Assembly: GCA_016779945.1 (NCBI GenBank)
Contig: JADHMR010000004.1
Span: forward strand, 1-58,332
DNA: 58,332 nt
Source of the DNA: Bacteroidia bacterium
GTDB taxonomy: Bacteria; Bacteroidota; Bacteroidia; NS11-12g; UBA9320
Direction: 5' to 3'
How positions within the stretch are numbered: position 1 is the stretch's first letter; each line of letters starts with the position of its first letter. Of this stretch, positions 35,763-45,673 are shown piece by piece. Both the position numbers and the translations under genes were made by a program. The notes below the pieces were generated by a model. It saw nothing but the letters and a program-made list of their open reading frames with translations, made no database searches and was not told the DNA's origin.

Positions 35763-37064
35763 ATTATTGACTCTTCTGTTTCCATATCACAACAACCTCT
35801 TGCCGAACGCGTAAGACCAAGAAGTTTAGACGAACTTGTTGGTCAACGTCATATCATTGGTAATGGTAAGCCCCTCCGAAAAACTATCGAAAACGGGAGC
35901 ATGTATTCATGCATATTTTGGGGTCCTCCAGGAGTTGGAAAAACTACCATAGCTCAAATTATTTCAAACACCCTTAAAACTCCATTTTTTCAATTGAGTG
36001 CAATAAATGCTGTGGTAAAAGACGTCCGTGAAGCCATCGAAAAGGCGAAAAAAACAAAATTTTTAGGTAGTGGAGGAAGTGCTATTTTATTTATTGATGA
36101 AATTCATCGGTTTAATAAAAGTCAACAAGACGCTCTCCTTGGGGCAGTTGAGCAAGGTATCATCACATTGATTGGTGCCACTACAGAAAATCCAAGTTTT
36201 GAGGTAAATGCAGCTCTTCTCTCGCGATGTGAAGTATTTGTTCTCAAGGCCTTAGAACTCGAGGATTTAAAGCAACTCGTAGTGCAAGCTTGTAAAAATG
36301 ATCAGCTACTTAGTCAAAAAGAAATTAAGATAAATGAGTGGGAATCGCTCACTAAAATCAGCGGTGGTGATGGCCGAAAGCTTCTTAATGCACTTGAGAT
36401 TATAGTAAACTACTCTGGTAAAAAAAAGGTCCAAATCAATAATGCCCTTGTGGATGAGGCCATTCAACAACGGCTAGCTCATTTCGACAAAGGAGGTGAA
36501 CAACACTATGACATCATATCTGCCTTTATCAAATCAATTCGAGGAAGCGACCCAAATGCTGCAGTTTACTATTTGGCTCGAATGATTGCTGGTGGAGAAG
36601 ACCCCAAATTTATTGCACGTAGGCTGATAATAGCTGCGAGTGAGGATATCGGAAATGCGAATCCTAACGCACTACTTTTGGCTAATCAATGTTTTAGTGC
36701 AGTTAACCATGTAGGTTATCCGGAGTGCAGAATCATCCTCTCACAAACTGCCATTTATCTAGCAACCAGTCCAAAAAGTAATGCCGCATATATGGCCATT
36801 AACAATGCTCAAGCGTTAGTTAAAGAAACGGGTGACCTTCCTATTCCTCTCAGTCTCCGTAATGCACCTACTCAACTCATGAAAGACCTAAATTATGGCA
36901 AAGGATATCCCTATGCTCATGACTTCCCCAATAATTTTGCTTTCCACGAATTTTTACCCGATTCGATTGCAAATACAGCATTATACAACCCAGGAAATAA
37001 TTCTGCAGAAAACAAGGCAAGAGAAAGACTCAAAGAACTCTGGAAGAAAAAGTATGGATATTGA
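35763..37064 (+). CDS. rarA: Replication-associated recombination protein A (AAA+ ATPase); start codon unresolved
   Basis: Walker [20 protein letters not shown], and the MgsA C-terminal domain. The first ATG is at 35901, only 9 codons before Walker A. The same frame is open from 35751 and encodes the conserved [24 protein letters not shown]. There is no in-frame ATG, GTG or TTG upstream, so ATT 35763 is proposed as the start. Confidence 0.8.
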   Translation: MIDSSVSISQQPLAERVRPRSLDELVGQRHIIGNGKPLRKTIENGSMYSCIFWGPPGVGKTTIAQIISNTLKTPFFQLSAINAVVKDVREAIEKAKKTKFLGSGGSAILFIDEIHRFNKSQQDALLGAVEQGIITLIGATTENPSFEVNAALLSRCEVFVLKALELEDLKQLVVQACKNDQLLSQKEIKINEWESLTKISGGDGRKLLNALEIIVNYSGKKKVQINNALVDEAIQQRLAHFDKGGEQHYDIISAFIKSIRGSDPNAAVYYLARMIAGGEDPKFIARRLIIAASEDIGNANPNALLLANQCFSAVNHVGYPECRIILSQTAIYLATSPKSNAAYMAINNAQALVKETGDLPIPLSLRNAPTQLMKDLNYGKGYPYAHDFPNNFAFHEFLPDSIANTALYNPGNNSAENKARERLKELWKKKYGY

Positions 37065-37065
37065 A

Positions 37066-38310
37066 TTAGTCTAAAATAATCAATTGGACTTTTTCAATTT
37101 TTTGTTCAATAGCTTCAACAATTTTAATTTCAAACTGATCGATGATAAAGATTTCGCCAGTAGGCGGTATCTCTTCTAAATTGGCAAGTATGAATCCCCC
37201 AAGTGTTTCATATTCTCCATCAGGAATATCTAAGTTATATTTTTCATTAAGATAATCAACCTCAAGTTTAGCATTAAGGACTAGCTGTCCACCATTAGTA
37301 ACCAACTCATTATCTTCAACTTCGTCATGTTCATCTTCTATCTCTCCAAAGATTTCTTCCATAATATCTTCTACAGTAATAATACCTGCAGTACCACCAT
37401 ATTCATCTACCACTAAAGCAATACTTCGTTGAGATTTGGAAAACTCATTAAGCATCTCATTGGCACTTTTAGATTCATTTGTAATAAGTATAGGTAACAA
37501 AACTGACTGAATGCTTTTTGGCTTTTTATGTAGGTCTAAGTGATGTACATATCCGATGATATGATCAATATTTTCTTTATAAACAAGAATCTTGGAATGA
37601 CGTGTATCAATGAATAGTTTTTCTAAATCATCAATCGAATTTTCAATATCAATTGCAATAATTTCAGTTCGAGGTACAAGGCAATCTCGTACTTCAACAT
37701 TTCCAAAATCCAATGCATTCTTCAGAATTTCAGTATCTACATCAGGCTCTTCTCCATCAGGTGGCAGATGAGATGACTGTGAGATAAAATGATCAAGGTC
37801 AATCTTACTAAAAGCAGGTGATTCATTGGCAAACTCCATTTTGAAAATTTTAACCAACATAAAATTGCTCAACCATATCACAAATTGAACAATCGGCCAC
37901 AGAACTACATAAAAAAATTGGAATGGATATACCAATACACTCAATATACCGCTGGGATTAAGTCTAAATAGAGCTTTTGGTAAAAACTCAGCAGTAATTA
38001 AAACAATACCGGTTGATATGAACGTTGCTAGAATCAATGCTGGAAATGATCCTAAATACGCAAATTGGGGTCTAAATATCTCTTCCATCGTTACTCCGTA
38101 AACCACCAATGCTATATTGTTACCAACTAATATGGTGCTGATAAATTTGGAAGGAGATTTGATGTAGTTTGAGCACAATTTTGCCCAATGTTTCCCTTGG
38201 TTACTTTTGAGCTCTATGCGTAATTTATTTACAGAGATAAATGCAATCTCAAGACCGGAGAAAAAAGCTGACAAAAGCAGCATCAAAATTACAAGTGTAA
38301 TGGGTGACAT
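37066..38310 (-). CDS. CNNM/hemolysin-type membrane protein (DUF21-CBS pair-CorC_HlyC; GldE-like)
   Basis: 414 aa. Four N-terminal TM helices, a CBS pair, and a C-terminal transporter-associated domain. Confidence 0.8.
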   Translation of the reverse strand: MSPITLVILMLLLSAFFSGLEIAFISVNKLRIELKSNQGKHWAKLCSNYIKSPSKFISTILVGNNIALVVYGVTMEEIFRPQFAYLGSFPALILATFISTGIVLITAEFLPKALFRLNPSGILSVLVYPFQFFYVVLWPIVQFVIWLSNFMLVKIFKMEFANESPAFSKIDLDHFISQSSHLPPDGEEPDVDTEILKNALDFGNVEVRDCLVPRTEIIAIDIENSIDDLEKLFIDTRHSKILVYKENIDHIIGYVHHLDLHKKPKSIQSVLLPILITNESKSANEMLNEFSKSQRSIALVVDEYGGTAGIITVEDIMEEIFGEIEDEHDEVEDNELVTNGGQLVLNAKLEVDYLNEKYNLDIPDGEYETLGGFILANLEEIPPTGEIFIIDQFEIKIVEAIEQKIEKVQLIILD

Positions 38311-38323
38311 GAAATAACGTACA

Positions 38324-38331
38324 CAAAGATA
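38324..38331 (-). promoter_or_regulatory. -7 box TATCTTTG upstream of the CNNM/GldE-like gene
   Basis: Exact TAnnTTTG on the minus strand, 13 nt from the ATG. Confidence 0.4.
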
Positions 38332-38405
38332 AACGATATCTTATTACTTAACTCGTGTTTTTGTTCTTGGCTAAATTATGAATTAACTTCGTACTCAACC
38401 AAAAA

Positions 38406-39050
38406 ATGATGAAGTCAAAAAATATACTGCTTGGAATTATAATCGCCACATTTGTTGGTATTTTCTCAAGTTGTGAAGATGAAGGTTGCGATGTATGCGG
38501 TCTTGAAACAGTTGAAGTTATTGAACTTAACACAGAATTTGGAAATATCTACATCCAACTTTTTGAGGAGACCCCTATTCACTATCGCAATTTTGATAGT
38601 CTAGTTCGTGCTCGTTTTTATGACTCTACAGAATTTCACCGATGTGTGGATGATTTTGTGATACAAGGAGGAAGTCCAACTAGCAAGGACGATAACCGTA
38701 ATAATGACGGCTCCGGTGGCCCAGGTTATACACTCCCAGCAGAGATTGACACAACAATACATAAACACGAATATGGAAGTTTGGCTGCAGCTAGACTGGG
38801 CAATATGACTAACCCCGAAAGACGCTCAAGCGGATCGCAATTTTATATTGTCACAGACCCTGATGGAGCATCATTCCTAGATGGTGAATACACCGTATTT
38901 GGTAAAGTGCTTGCAGGTATGGATGTTGCAAAAATCATTGAAAGTCAATCAAAAAATTCATCCGGACTTCCTGATCAACGAATCAAAATGTTTATACGCC
39001 GTGCATCTCTGTCACGCAATGAGGCAACACAATTAGGAATTGTGTTGTAG
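38406..39050 (+). CDS. Peptidyl-prolyl cis-trans isomerase, cyclophilin type (lipoprotein)
   Basis: Lipobox GIFSSC. FHRCVDDFVIQGG, GSQFYIV and TVFGKV motifs. Confidence 0.9.
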   Translation: MMKSKNILLGIIIATFVGIFSSCEDEGCDVCGLETVEVIELNTEFGNIYIQLFEETPIHYRNFDSLVRARFYDSTEFHRCVDDFVIQGGSPTSKDDNRNNDGSGGPGYTLPAEIDTTIHKHEYGSLAAARLGNMTNPERRSSGSQFYIVTDPDGASFLDGEYTVFGKVLAGMDVAKIIESQSKNSSGLPDQRIKMFIRRASLSRNEATQLGIVL

Positions 39051-39079
39051 TGATAAAAAATATGTTGGTGATGGTGGAA

Positions 39080-39406
39080 TTACACCGAAAAACTTTCCCC
39101 ACAACCACAAGTTCTGTTGGCATTGGGATTGTTAAATTGGAAACCTTTTCCGTTCAGACCGTCAGTGAAATCGAGTTCGGTGCCACAGAGGTATAAAAAG
39201 CTTTTCATATCGCAAACGATTTTATAACCGTTGCTCTCAAACTCTTGATCACCCTCTTGACTTTCGTTATCAAAATCCATTTTATAACTCAAACCAGAAC
39301 ACCCACCTCCAACTACTGAAACTCGAATAAAATAACCATTATTCAATCCTTCAGTCTCCATCAGACTGTTAACTTGTTGTGCCGCTCTTTCTGAAACTGT
39401 AATCAT
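39080..39406 (-). CDS. iscA: Iron-sulfur cluster insertion/assembly protein (IscA/HesB family)
   Basis: 108 aa. GGCSGLSY and the C-terminal CGCGESF motif. Confidence 0.9.
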   Translation of the reverse strand: MITVSERAAQQVNSLMETEGLNNGYFIRVSVVGGGCSGLSYKMDFDNESQEGDQEFESNGYKIVCDMKSFLYLCGTELDFTDGLNGKGFQFNNPNANRTCGCGESFSV

Positions 39407-39417
39407 GTCTTAGTTAA

Positions 39418-39834
39418 TTAATAGTGTTTTTTGTTATCCTCAATAGGTTCTAATCCTTGCTTCTGACGATAATCATTAATTGCCATTTTTATAGCATCTT
39501 CAGCTAACACAGAGCAATGAATTTTTACGGGAGGTAATGCTAACTCTTCAACAATTTCCATATTATCAATTTCCATAGCAGAATCTACCGTTTTGCCTTT
39601 AAGCCACTCCGTAGCGAGTGAGGAAGAAGCAATAGCAGAGCCACATCCAAAAGTTTTGAATTTTGCATCCTTGATAATTCCTGTTGCATCATCTACATCG
39701 ATTTGAAGACGCATCACGTCTCCACATTCAGGTGCACCAACAAGGCCGGTACCAACGCTTTTAGAATCTTTGTCTAACTTACCAATGTTTCTTGGATTTT
39801 GGTAATGATCGATTACTTTTTTTGAATATGCCAT
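39418..39834 (-). CDS. iscU: Fe-S cluster assembly scaffold IscU
   Basis: 138 aa. GAPECGDVMRLQI, FKTFGCGSAIASSS and LPPVKIHCS motifs. Confidence 0.95.
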   Translation of the reverse strand: MAYSKKVIDHYQNPRNIGKLDKDSKSVGTGLVGAPECGDVMRLQIDVDDATGIIKDAKFKTFGCGSAIASSSLATEWLKGKTVDSAMEIDNMEIVEELALPPVKIHCSVLAEDAIKMAINDYRQKQGLEPIEDNKKHY

Positions 39835-39863
39835 ATCGTTATGTTATTATTTTTTTCTGTTGT

Positions 39864-41075
39864 TTAATGTTCTGCCCATTCGATGGTTTTCAAATCAATA
39901 CCATCTTGAAACATTTCCCAGAGTGGGCTCATCTCTCGGAGTTTATTTACTGCTGTTTTTACATGATTTATTGCGAAATCTACTTCTTCTTCAGTTGTAA
40001 ATCTTCCCAATCCAAAACGTAGTGAAGAATGTGCTAATTCGTCGTCTAATCCTAACGATTTGAGAACATAACTTGGCTCTAATGAAGCACTTGTACAAGC
40101 ACTCCCACTAGATACTGCAATATCTTTAGTTCCCATCATAAGCCCTTCTCCTTCAACAAATTTAAATGAAATATTAGCTACATGAGGTAGACGATGTGCT
40201 GGATTTCCATTCACATAGGCTTCCTCGATGGTAAGTAATTCTTTTTCTAATTTATCTCTCAAAGCACTCAGTCTGACCGCTTCTTGTTCCATTTCTTGCC
40301 CACATAATTCGCATGCTTTTCCAAATCCTACGATTCCTGGCACGTTAAGGGTACCGCTTCGCATTCCACGCTCATGTCCGCCACCATCCATTTGGCTAGT
40401 TACCTTTACCCTTGGATTTTTTCTTCGAACATACAAAGCACCGACTCCTTTTGGGCCATACATTTTGTGTGCAGTAAAACTCAATAGATCAATACCATCA
40501 GCTATCACATCCACAGGAATTTTTCCTACAGCTTGAGTTGCATCAGTGTGGAAGAGTAAGTTATTTTTCTTTGCAATTGCCGAAATGGCTTTGATATCTT
40601 GAATTACTCCAATCTCATTATTTCCATACATAATGGTAATGAGGATTGTTTTATCAGTAATCGCAGCTTCTAATTCATCAAGATTGATAAGTCCATCTTC
40701 GTTTGGAGAGAGGTAAGTTACCTCTGCACCCATTTTTTCTACTTTTTTACACGCATCTAATACTGCTTTGTGCTCAGTAGTTACGGTAATCATGTGATTA
40801 CCTTGGGAGCCGTACATTTCGTATACTCCTTTGATGGCTAAGTTATTTGCTTCAGTAGCTCCTGAAGTGAAGATAATTTCTTTGGAAGTACTCCCAATTA
40901 AGTGAGCTACTTGATCTCGAGCATCATCAACTGCTTTTTCGGCATTCCACCCAAAGCTGTGATTTCTACTAGCTGCATTACCAAATTGTTCATTAAAAAA
41001 TGGCAACATCGACTCTAATACCCTTGGATCCATGGGTGTTGTCGAATTATTATCGAGGTATATGGGTAGGTTCAT
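39864..41075 (-). CDS. iscS: Cysteine desulfurase IscS
   Basis: 403 aa. [10 protein letters not shown], the PLP lysine region [12 protein letters not shown], and the active-site loop SSGSACTS. Confidence 0.95.
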   Translation of the reverse strand: MNLPIYLDNNSTTPMDPRVLESMLPFFNEQFGNAASRNHSFGWNAEKAVDDARDQVAHLIGSTSKEIIFTSGATEANNLAIKGVYEMYGSQGNHMITVTTEHKAVLDACKKVEKMGAEVTYLSPNEDGLINLDELEAAITDKTILITIMYGNNEIGVIQDIKAISAIAKKNNLLFHTDATQAVGKIPVDVIADGIDLLSFTAHKMYGPKGVGALYVRRKNPRVKVTSQMDGGGHERGMRSGTLNVPGIVGFGKACELCGQEMEQEAVRLSALRDKLEKELLTIEEAYVNGNPAHRLPHVANISFKFVEGEGLMMGTKDIAVSSGSACTSASLEPSYVLKSLGLDDELAHSSLRFGLGRFTTEEEVDFAINHVKTAVNKLREMSPLWEMFQDGIDLKTIEWAEH

Positions 41076-41108
41076 TACGCTTATTCTTATTTAGACTTAT
41101 TCTAACTG

Positions 41109-41116
41109 CAAATATA
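41109..41116 (-). promoter_or_regulatory. -7 box TATATTTG upstream of iscS
   Basis: Exact TAnnTTTG on the minus strand (TATATTTGCAGT), 33 nt from the ATG. Confidence 0.4.
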
Positions 41117-41289
41117 ACGTGTAATTTTCAAAAATGTTTGAAGTTTTTTTTGTGTTTTGGTGTTCTAAATTCTGCTATAAATGTCCTTTCATTTTCGATG
41201 TAGCAATTATGAATAACATATAGATTCTTAGCCCAAATACTTGCTATGTGAGAAGGAAACCTTGATGAGAACTAACCATTTTTTGACAG

Positions 41290-41297
41290 TATCTTTG
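41290..41297 (+). promoter_or_regulatory. -7 box TATCTTTG 4 nt from the mce ATG (leaderless geometry)
   Basis: Exact TAnnTTTG. Context reads TATCTTTGTGTT-ATG. Confidence 0.45.
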
Positions 41298-41301
41298 TGT
41301 T

Positions 41302-41703
41302 ATGCAAAAAATTGAGCATATAGGTATCGCCGTTAAAAATTTAGAAGAAAGCAATCAACGATTTGCTAAGTTACTAAATACCATTCACTACAAGACAGAA
41401 GAAGTACAAAGTGAAGGAGTTATTACTTCATTTTTTCGTGTTGGAGATGTGAAAATTGAGCTGTTACAAGCTACTTCCGAATCTAGTCCTATTCATCGGT
41501 TTATTGATTCTAAAGGGGAAGGTATCCACCACATTGCTTTTGCAGTAGATGATGTCAATGCTGAACTCAAACGATTGAAAGATGCAGGTTTTGACGCTAT
41601 TCACGACAAACCAAAACCAGGTGCTGATAACAAGATTATTGCCTTCTTGCATCCCAAATCTACTAATGGAGTACTTACTGAACTTTGTGCCGAACAACTC
41701 TAA
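41302..41703 (+). CDS. mce: Methylmalonyl-CoA epimerase (VOC/glyoxalase fold)
   Basis: 133 aa. IEHIGIAVKNLEES, GEGIHHIAF, and VLTELC at the C-terminus. Confidence 0.85.
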   Translation: MQKIEHIGIAVKNLEESNQRFAKLLNTIHYKTEEVQSEGVITSFFRVGDVKIELLQATSESSPIHRFIDSKGEGIHHIAFAVDDVNAELKRLKDAGFDAIHDKPKPGADNKIIAFLHPKSTNGVLTELCAEQL

Positions 41704-41710
41704 CTTTTTA

Positions 41711-41718
41711 TAAGTTTG
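41711..41718 (+). promoter_or_regulatory. -7 box TAAGTTTG upstream of the AI-2E transporter gene
   Basis: Exact TAnnTTTG. The track's TTG start (41723) falls at the predicted transcription start, which favours ATG 41753. Confidence 0.4.
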
Positions 41719-41752
41719 TATTTTGCAATCACTTAAACACCAACGCAAAACT

Positions 41753-42835
41753 ATGTCATCTAGTAAAAATATCCGTCTGATCTTAGGCTTTTTGGGGCTT
41801 GTACTTCTATGCTATGTACTGTGGAATGTACGCCTAATGATTTATTCTTTTTTTGCTGCTACAATTGTTGCTTTTATCGCACGTCCGCTCATGCGTTTAC
41901 TGGGACTTATTCGTATCAAAAAATGGCAACTTCCCAACACTCTAAGAGCAGCTTTAGTACTTTCTTTTATGATTGGTGTAGTGGCTAGCATCATTCGGTT
42001 TTTAGCTCCTATTATTATTAATCAGGCTCATATTTTGTCTCAAATTGATACTAACGGTGTATTTAATCGTATTCAATCCCAACTAACAACTTTGCCTTCT
42101 TGGTTGGTTTCAGACACTGATATCTATACAAATATGCAAGAAGAAATCAATCAACTTCTCACCATTAGTGATGTTGGTACATACTTGGGCAATATAATTG
42201 GAGGAATATCAAGTACGCTTATTGGAATTTTTTCTGTGCTGTTTATCAGCTTCTTTTTACTAAAAGACGGGCAAATCATAAATCAGATTATTACGAGCTT
42301 ATCTCCCGAAAAATATCTTAATAAGGTAAAAACAATTGTGGTGGAGACCAAAGATTTATTATCCCGTTATTTTATTGGTGTATTGGTGCAAGTAACGGTA
42401 GTTGTATTGGTGATCACAATCGGCCTTTCAATCGCTGGGGTAAAAAATGCCCTACTCATTGGTGTAATTGCTGGGGTATTCAACATCATACCATACATAG
42501 GTCCGCTCATGGGTGCTGGTATAGGCTTATTATTAGCTGCTACTTCTCAATTAGAAACTGCACCCGACATGGTATTATCTGGTTTTTTGTTAAGTGCTCT
42601 TATTCCGTTTGTCGTAGCACAATTGTTGGATAATTTTGTGCTTCAACCGGTTATCTTTTCCAAAAGTGTAAAGGCTCACCCTCTCGAAATTTTTATGGTC
42701 ATTCTTGCTGCGGGTTCGCTTGCGGGTATCGTTGGTATGATCATAGCGGTTCCTACCTACTCATTTATTCGAATCATTGCTAAAGAATTTTTTAACGGCT
42801 ACAAGATTGTTCAAGGACTGACTAAAGATTTGTAA
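41753..42835 (+). CDS. AI-2E family transporter (PerM/YhhT-like permease)
   Basis: About 360 aa with 7-8 TM helices. NIIPYIGPLMG and QLLDNFVLQPVIFSKSVKAHPL are typical of the family. Confidence 0.8.
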   Translation: MSSSKNIRLILGFLGLVLLCYVLWNVRLMIYSFFAATIVAFIARPLMRLLGLIRIKKWQLPNTLRAALVLSFMIGVVASIIRFLAPIIINQAHILSQIDTNGVFNRIQSQLTTLPSWLVSDTDIYTNMQEEINQLLTISDVGTYLGNIIGGISSTLIGIFSVLFISFFLLKDGQIINQIITSLSPEKYLNKVKTIVVETKDLLSRYFIGVLVQVTVVVLVITIGLSIAGVKNALLIGVIAGVFNIIPYIGPLMGAGIGLLLAATSQLETAPDMVLSGFLLSALIPFVVAQLLDNFVLQPVIFSKSVKAHPLEIFMVILAAGSLAGIVGMIIAVPTYSFIRIIAKEFFNGYKIVQGLTKDL

Positions 42836-42840
42836 ACTAA

Positions 42841-43812
42841 ATGATGATGCTATCATCCTCAAATGAACAATGTAAATCCGTAAATCATTTGAAGAATTAT
42901 CTTTGCAACTTGAAACCATTAACCTCTACCCTCTTATTTTTTATTTTCACACTCTGTTCTGTGGAGACATCTGCTCAGACCTATAGAAGTCAAAATTGGT
43001 CAGGAAACATCTACTTGGGTGCAAGCAATATGATGGGCGATTTAGGTGGTAGTAACTTCGTAGGAAGTCGTGGGATTTTTGACTGGGACATTAAAGCTAC
43101 TCGACCTGCTATTGGTGCTGGCATTGCATTACATATGGGGGCTGTATCACTTGCTACTAATTTTTTGGTTACGCATTTAGCTGGCAATGACGCCTACTCA
43201 AGTCAAGAATTTCATGAGGATCGAAATTTAAGTGTTCGTACTGACTTAGTGGAAGCTGACCTCTTATTTGAGTATCGTCCTTGGAGTCGGAAAAAAGGGT
43301 TTAATCGTTTTTATATTTACAGTGGTATCGGAGCTATTTACTTTCAACCCAAGACTGAGTATCAAGATGATTGGTACAAGCTCCGTGAACTAGGCACCGA
43401 AGGTCAATTTACAGAAGATGGTTCAGGACCATATAGTGACCTCTCTATTGTCATTCCATACGGATTAGGGTACAAGTTTCGACTTGCAAAAAGTACTTCA
43501 TTGATTCTAGATTTAGGATTTCGAAAAACATTTACAGACTACCTTGATGACGTAAGTACTGTTTACGCTGATCCTGAACTAGTCGGTAATGAGAAGGGAA
43601 ATATTGCTCAGCAACTATCCAATCGTTCGCTTACGGCAAAAGCAGTAGGCGATGATCGAGGAAATTCAGAAAAAACTGACAGTTATCACATTTTGTCAAT
43701 TAAGTTTGAATATATTTTTGGTGGGAAGTCTGGAGATGGGTGTTACTATAATCGTAACCCTCCAAAGTCACGAAGCACAAGAATCAACCAACGTAGGATG
43801 TTTTTAAAATAA
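42841..43812 (+). CDS. Outer-membrane beta-barrel protein (porin-family-like)
   Basis: Signal peptide ending VETSAQ, alternating beta-strand pattern, and an aromatic-rich C-terminal half. An alternative TTG start lies at 42910, preceded by TATCTTTG at 42898-42905. Confidence 0.55.
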   Translation: MMMLSSSNEQCKSVNHLKNYLCNLKPLTSTLLFFIFTLCSVETSAQTYRSQNWSGNIYLGASNMMGDLGGSNFVGSRGIFDWDIKATRPAIGAGIALHMGAVSLATNFLVTHLAGNDAYSSQEFHEDRNLSVRTDLVEADLLFEYRPWSRKKGFNRFYIYSGIGAIYFQPKTEYQDDWYKLRELGTEGQFTEDGSGPYSDLSIVIPYGLGYKFRLAKSTSLILDLGFRKTFTDYLDDVSTVYADPELVGNEKGNIAQQLSNRSLTAKAVGDDRGNSEKTDSYHILSIKFEYIFGGKSGDGCYYNRNPPKSRSTRINQRRMFLK

Positions 43813-43814
43813 TC

Positions 43815-44429
43815 CTAACCACTGAATCCATTCATTGCACCAGTCAACCCTTTAATAATCCAAGATTCAATTGCTTCACATGCACGATCTTTTTGAAGGG
43901 CTACTTCAATGGATTCATTCTCATCCCATTTTCCTAGTACGAATTCAACTTGTCTGCCGCGGGGAAAATCTCCCTTTGCACCAAAACGAATACGATGATA
44001 TTGGTCGGTACCCAATTGCTGTTGGATATCCTTAAGACCGTTATGACCACCAGCACTACCCTTACCGCGAATTCGTAATTTCCCCAAATCGATGGATATA
44101 TCGTCGGTTATGATGATGAAATTTTTGGGTGCTATGCGTTCAATTTTCATCCAATGTTTGACAGCTTTACCACTAAGGTTCATGAAAGTCGTGGGTTTTA
44201 TGCAAACCACCTGCTTGCCCCTAAATTTGAATTTGGCAATGTTAGCTAATCGCCCGCTTTCCCATTCTGCGTCATGTTGACTAACCCATTGATCGAGAAC
44301 TTCGAACCCAATGTTGTGTCTAGTATGATTATACTCAGGTCCGATATTGCCTAATCCAACTACCAAAAATTTCATCGAATCTGGCTCTGTGGGTTCAAAT
44401 AGCGATTTAATTGATTTAATCCAAGACAT
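43815..44429 (-). CDS. pth: Peptidyl-tRNA hydrolase
   Basis: FLVVGLGNIGPEYNHTRHNIGF and GGHNGLKDI motifs. The start may be ATG 44375. Confidence 0.95.
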   Translation of the reverse strand: MSWIKSIKSLFEPTEPDSMKFLVVGLGNIGPEYNHTRHNIGFEVLDQWVSQHDAEWESGRLANIAKFKFRGKQVVCIKPTTFMNLSGKAVKHWMKIERIAPKNFIIITDDISIDLGKLRIRGKGSAGGHNGLKDIQQQLGTDQYHRIRFGAKGDFPRGRQVEFVLGKWDENESIEVALQKDRACEAIESWIIKGLTGAMNGFSG

Positions 44430-44449
44430 GAAGTGTACATTGATTTATT

Positions 44450-45664
44450 TTAATTAATTGCGTTGATGGGTGTTTTGGATGCTTTAAAAGCAGGGTACAA
44501 AGATATGCTAGAACCTAAAAATAGAATAGTCAATACCGTGAGTGTTACATCACTCCATAATAAATCTACTGGATAAGCAGATACAATGGCATTCTCCAAA
44601 GCAAACCATTCAAAATAGGATTGTGACCACACTAGTAAAATTGAGCATAATATCCCTATTCCTCCACCGATTAGAGCAATATATGTGCCTTGCCACAAGA
44701 AGACCCAAAATAGAGTGCCTTCTTCAGCTCCCATGCTTTTAAGTATTCCAATGTCTTTTTTCTTATCAATCACCAGCATAATTAACGAACCAAAAATATT
44801 GAAGGATGAAATGAAAAGGACTAAGGATAAAATTGCATAGGTAAACCATTTCTCACTACTGAAAATCTTGTAAAGAACCTCGTTGAGTTCTCGACGAGTT
44901 TTGACTTCCCAATCATCCCCAAGTACTTTTATTAAATTTTCTTTGGCTTCGATGGGATCTTCTCCTGCTTTCAACGATACCTCTAGAGCACTGATAGCAT
45001 TGGGATATGACAATAATTTTTGCGCAAAATCTAACCGAGTCATAAATACCTCATTATCTACTTCTTCATGCACTGTGAATGTTCCGCTTGACCGGAGATA
45101 TTCTGTACTTAGAGAAGCAGTCGGGTTCAACGCACTATACGCAACATCCCTTCGAGGAACAAATACAGTAACTAATTCTGGACTTCCAGGAAATAAATTG
45201 AGTTTTTGAGCAAGGCCTGCACCAAAAACACCAAAATTTTTAAGGGAATCTCCTAAATAAAATTCGCCCAATACAACAATGGAGTCTAAAGTGTTATTAG
45301 GAGCCTTTGAATCAATACCTTTAATGCGAGCAATTTCTTGATGTTGGTCATATTTAATGACTACTTTTTCTTCTAAAACAGGCGTGTAATAATCTACCGC
45401 TCCTATTTTATTTAATTGATTTTCAAGCGAGGAATGAAGTTTAAATGTTTTCTCACCTTTAGCTGTAATTTTAATATCAGGATCATAATTATTTATCATA
45501 CTTTCCACAATATTCTCGAACCCATTAAATGTGGAAAGAACAATTATCATTGCAAAAGACCCTACGCCAAAACCAAGCATAGCAATGCCCGTAATTATAT
45601 TGATAGCATTAATTTTCTTTTTAGAAAAAAGATATCGATATGCAATAAACAGGGAGAGCCTCAC
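44450..45664 (-). CDS. FtsX-like ABC transporter permease (LolC/E family)
   Basis: 404 aa. N-terminal TM helix, periplasmic MacB-like domain, and three C-terminal TM helices with KKKDIGILKSMGA. Confidence 0.85.
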   Translation of the reverse strand: MRLSLFIAYRYLFSKKKINAINIITGIAMLGFGVGSFAMIIVLSTFNGFENIVESMINNYDPDIKITAKGEKTFKLHSSLENQLNKIGAVDYYTPVLEEKVVIKYDQHQEIARIKGIDSKAPNNTLDSIVVLGEFYLGDSLKNFGVFGAGLAQKLNLFPGSPELVTVFVPRRDVAYSALNPTASLSTEYLRSSGTFTVHEEVDNEVFMTRLDFAQKLLSYPNAISALEVSLKAGEDPIEAKENLIKVLGDDWEVKTRRELNEVLYKIFSSEKWFTYAILSLVLFISSFNIFGSLIMLVIDKKKDIGILKSMGAEEGTLFWVFLWQGTYIALIGGGIGILCSILLVWSQSYFEWFALENAIVSAYPVDLLWSDVTLTVLTILFLGSSISLYPAFKASKTPINAIN

Positions 45665-45673
45665 TGTTTTAAA

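Noticed and set aside
37066-38310. Naming the CNNM/CBS/CorC protein as the gliding-motility gene gldE.
   Set aside because: The domain architecture fits GldE, but it also fits generic hemolysin-like CNNM transporters. No gldD-like gene is adjacent, so only the family call is given.
42898-42912. TATCTTTG box followed 4 nt later by an in-frame TTG, as an alternative leaderless start for the outer-membrane beta-barrel gene.
   Set aside because: This start would give a cleaner signal peptide (MKPLTSTLLFF...). However, a leaderless TTG start is unlikely, and ATG 42841 lies 5 nt after the upstream gene, which is consistent with co-transcription. It is left as a note in the feature.
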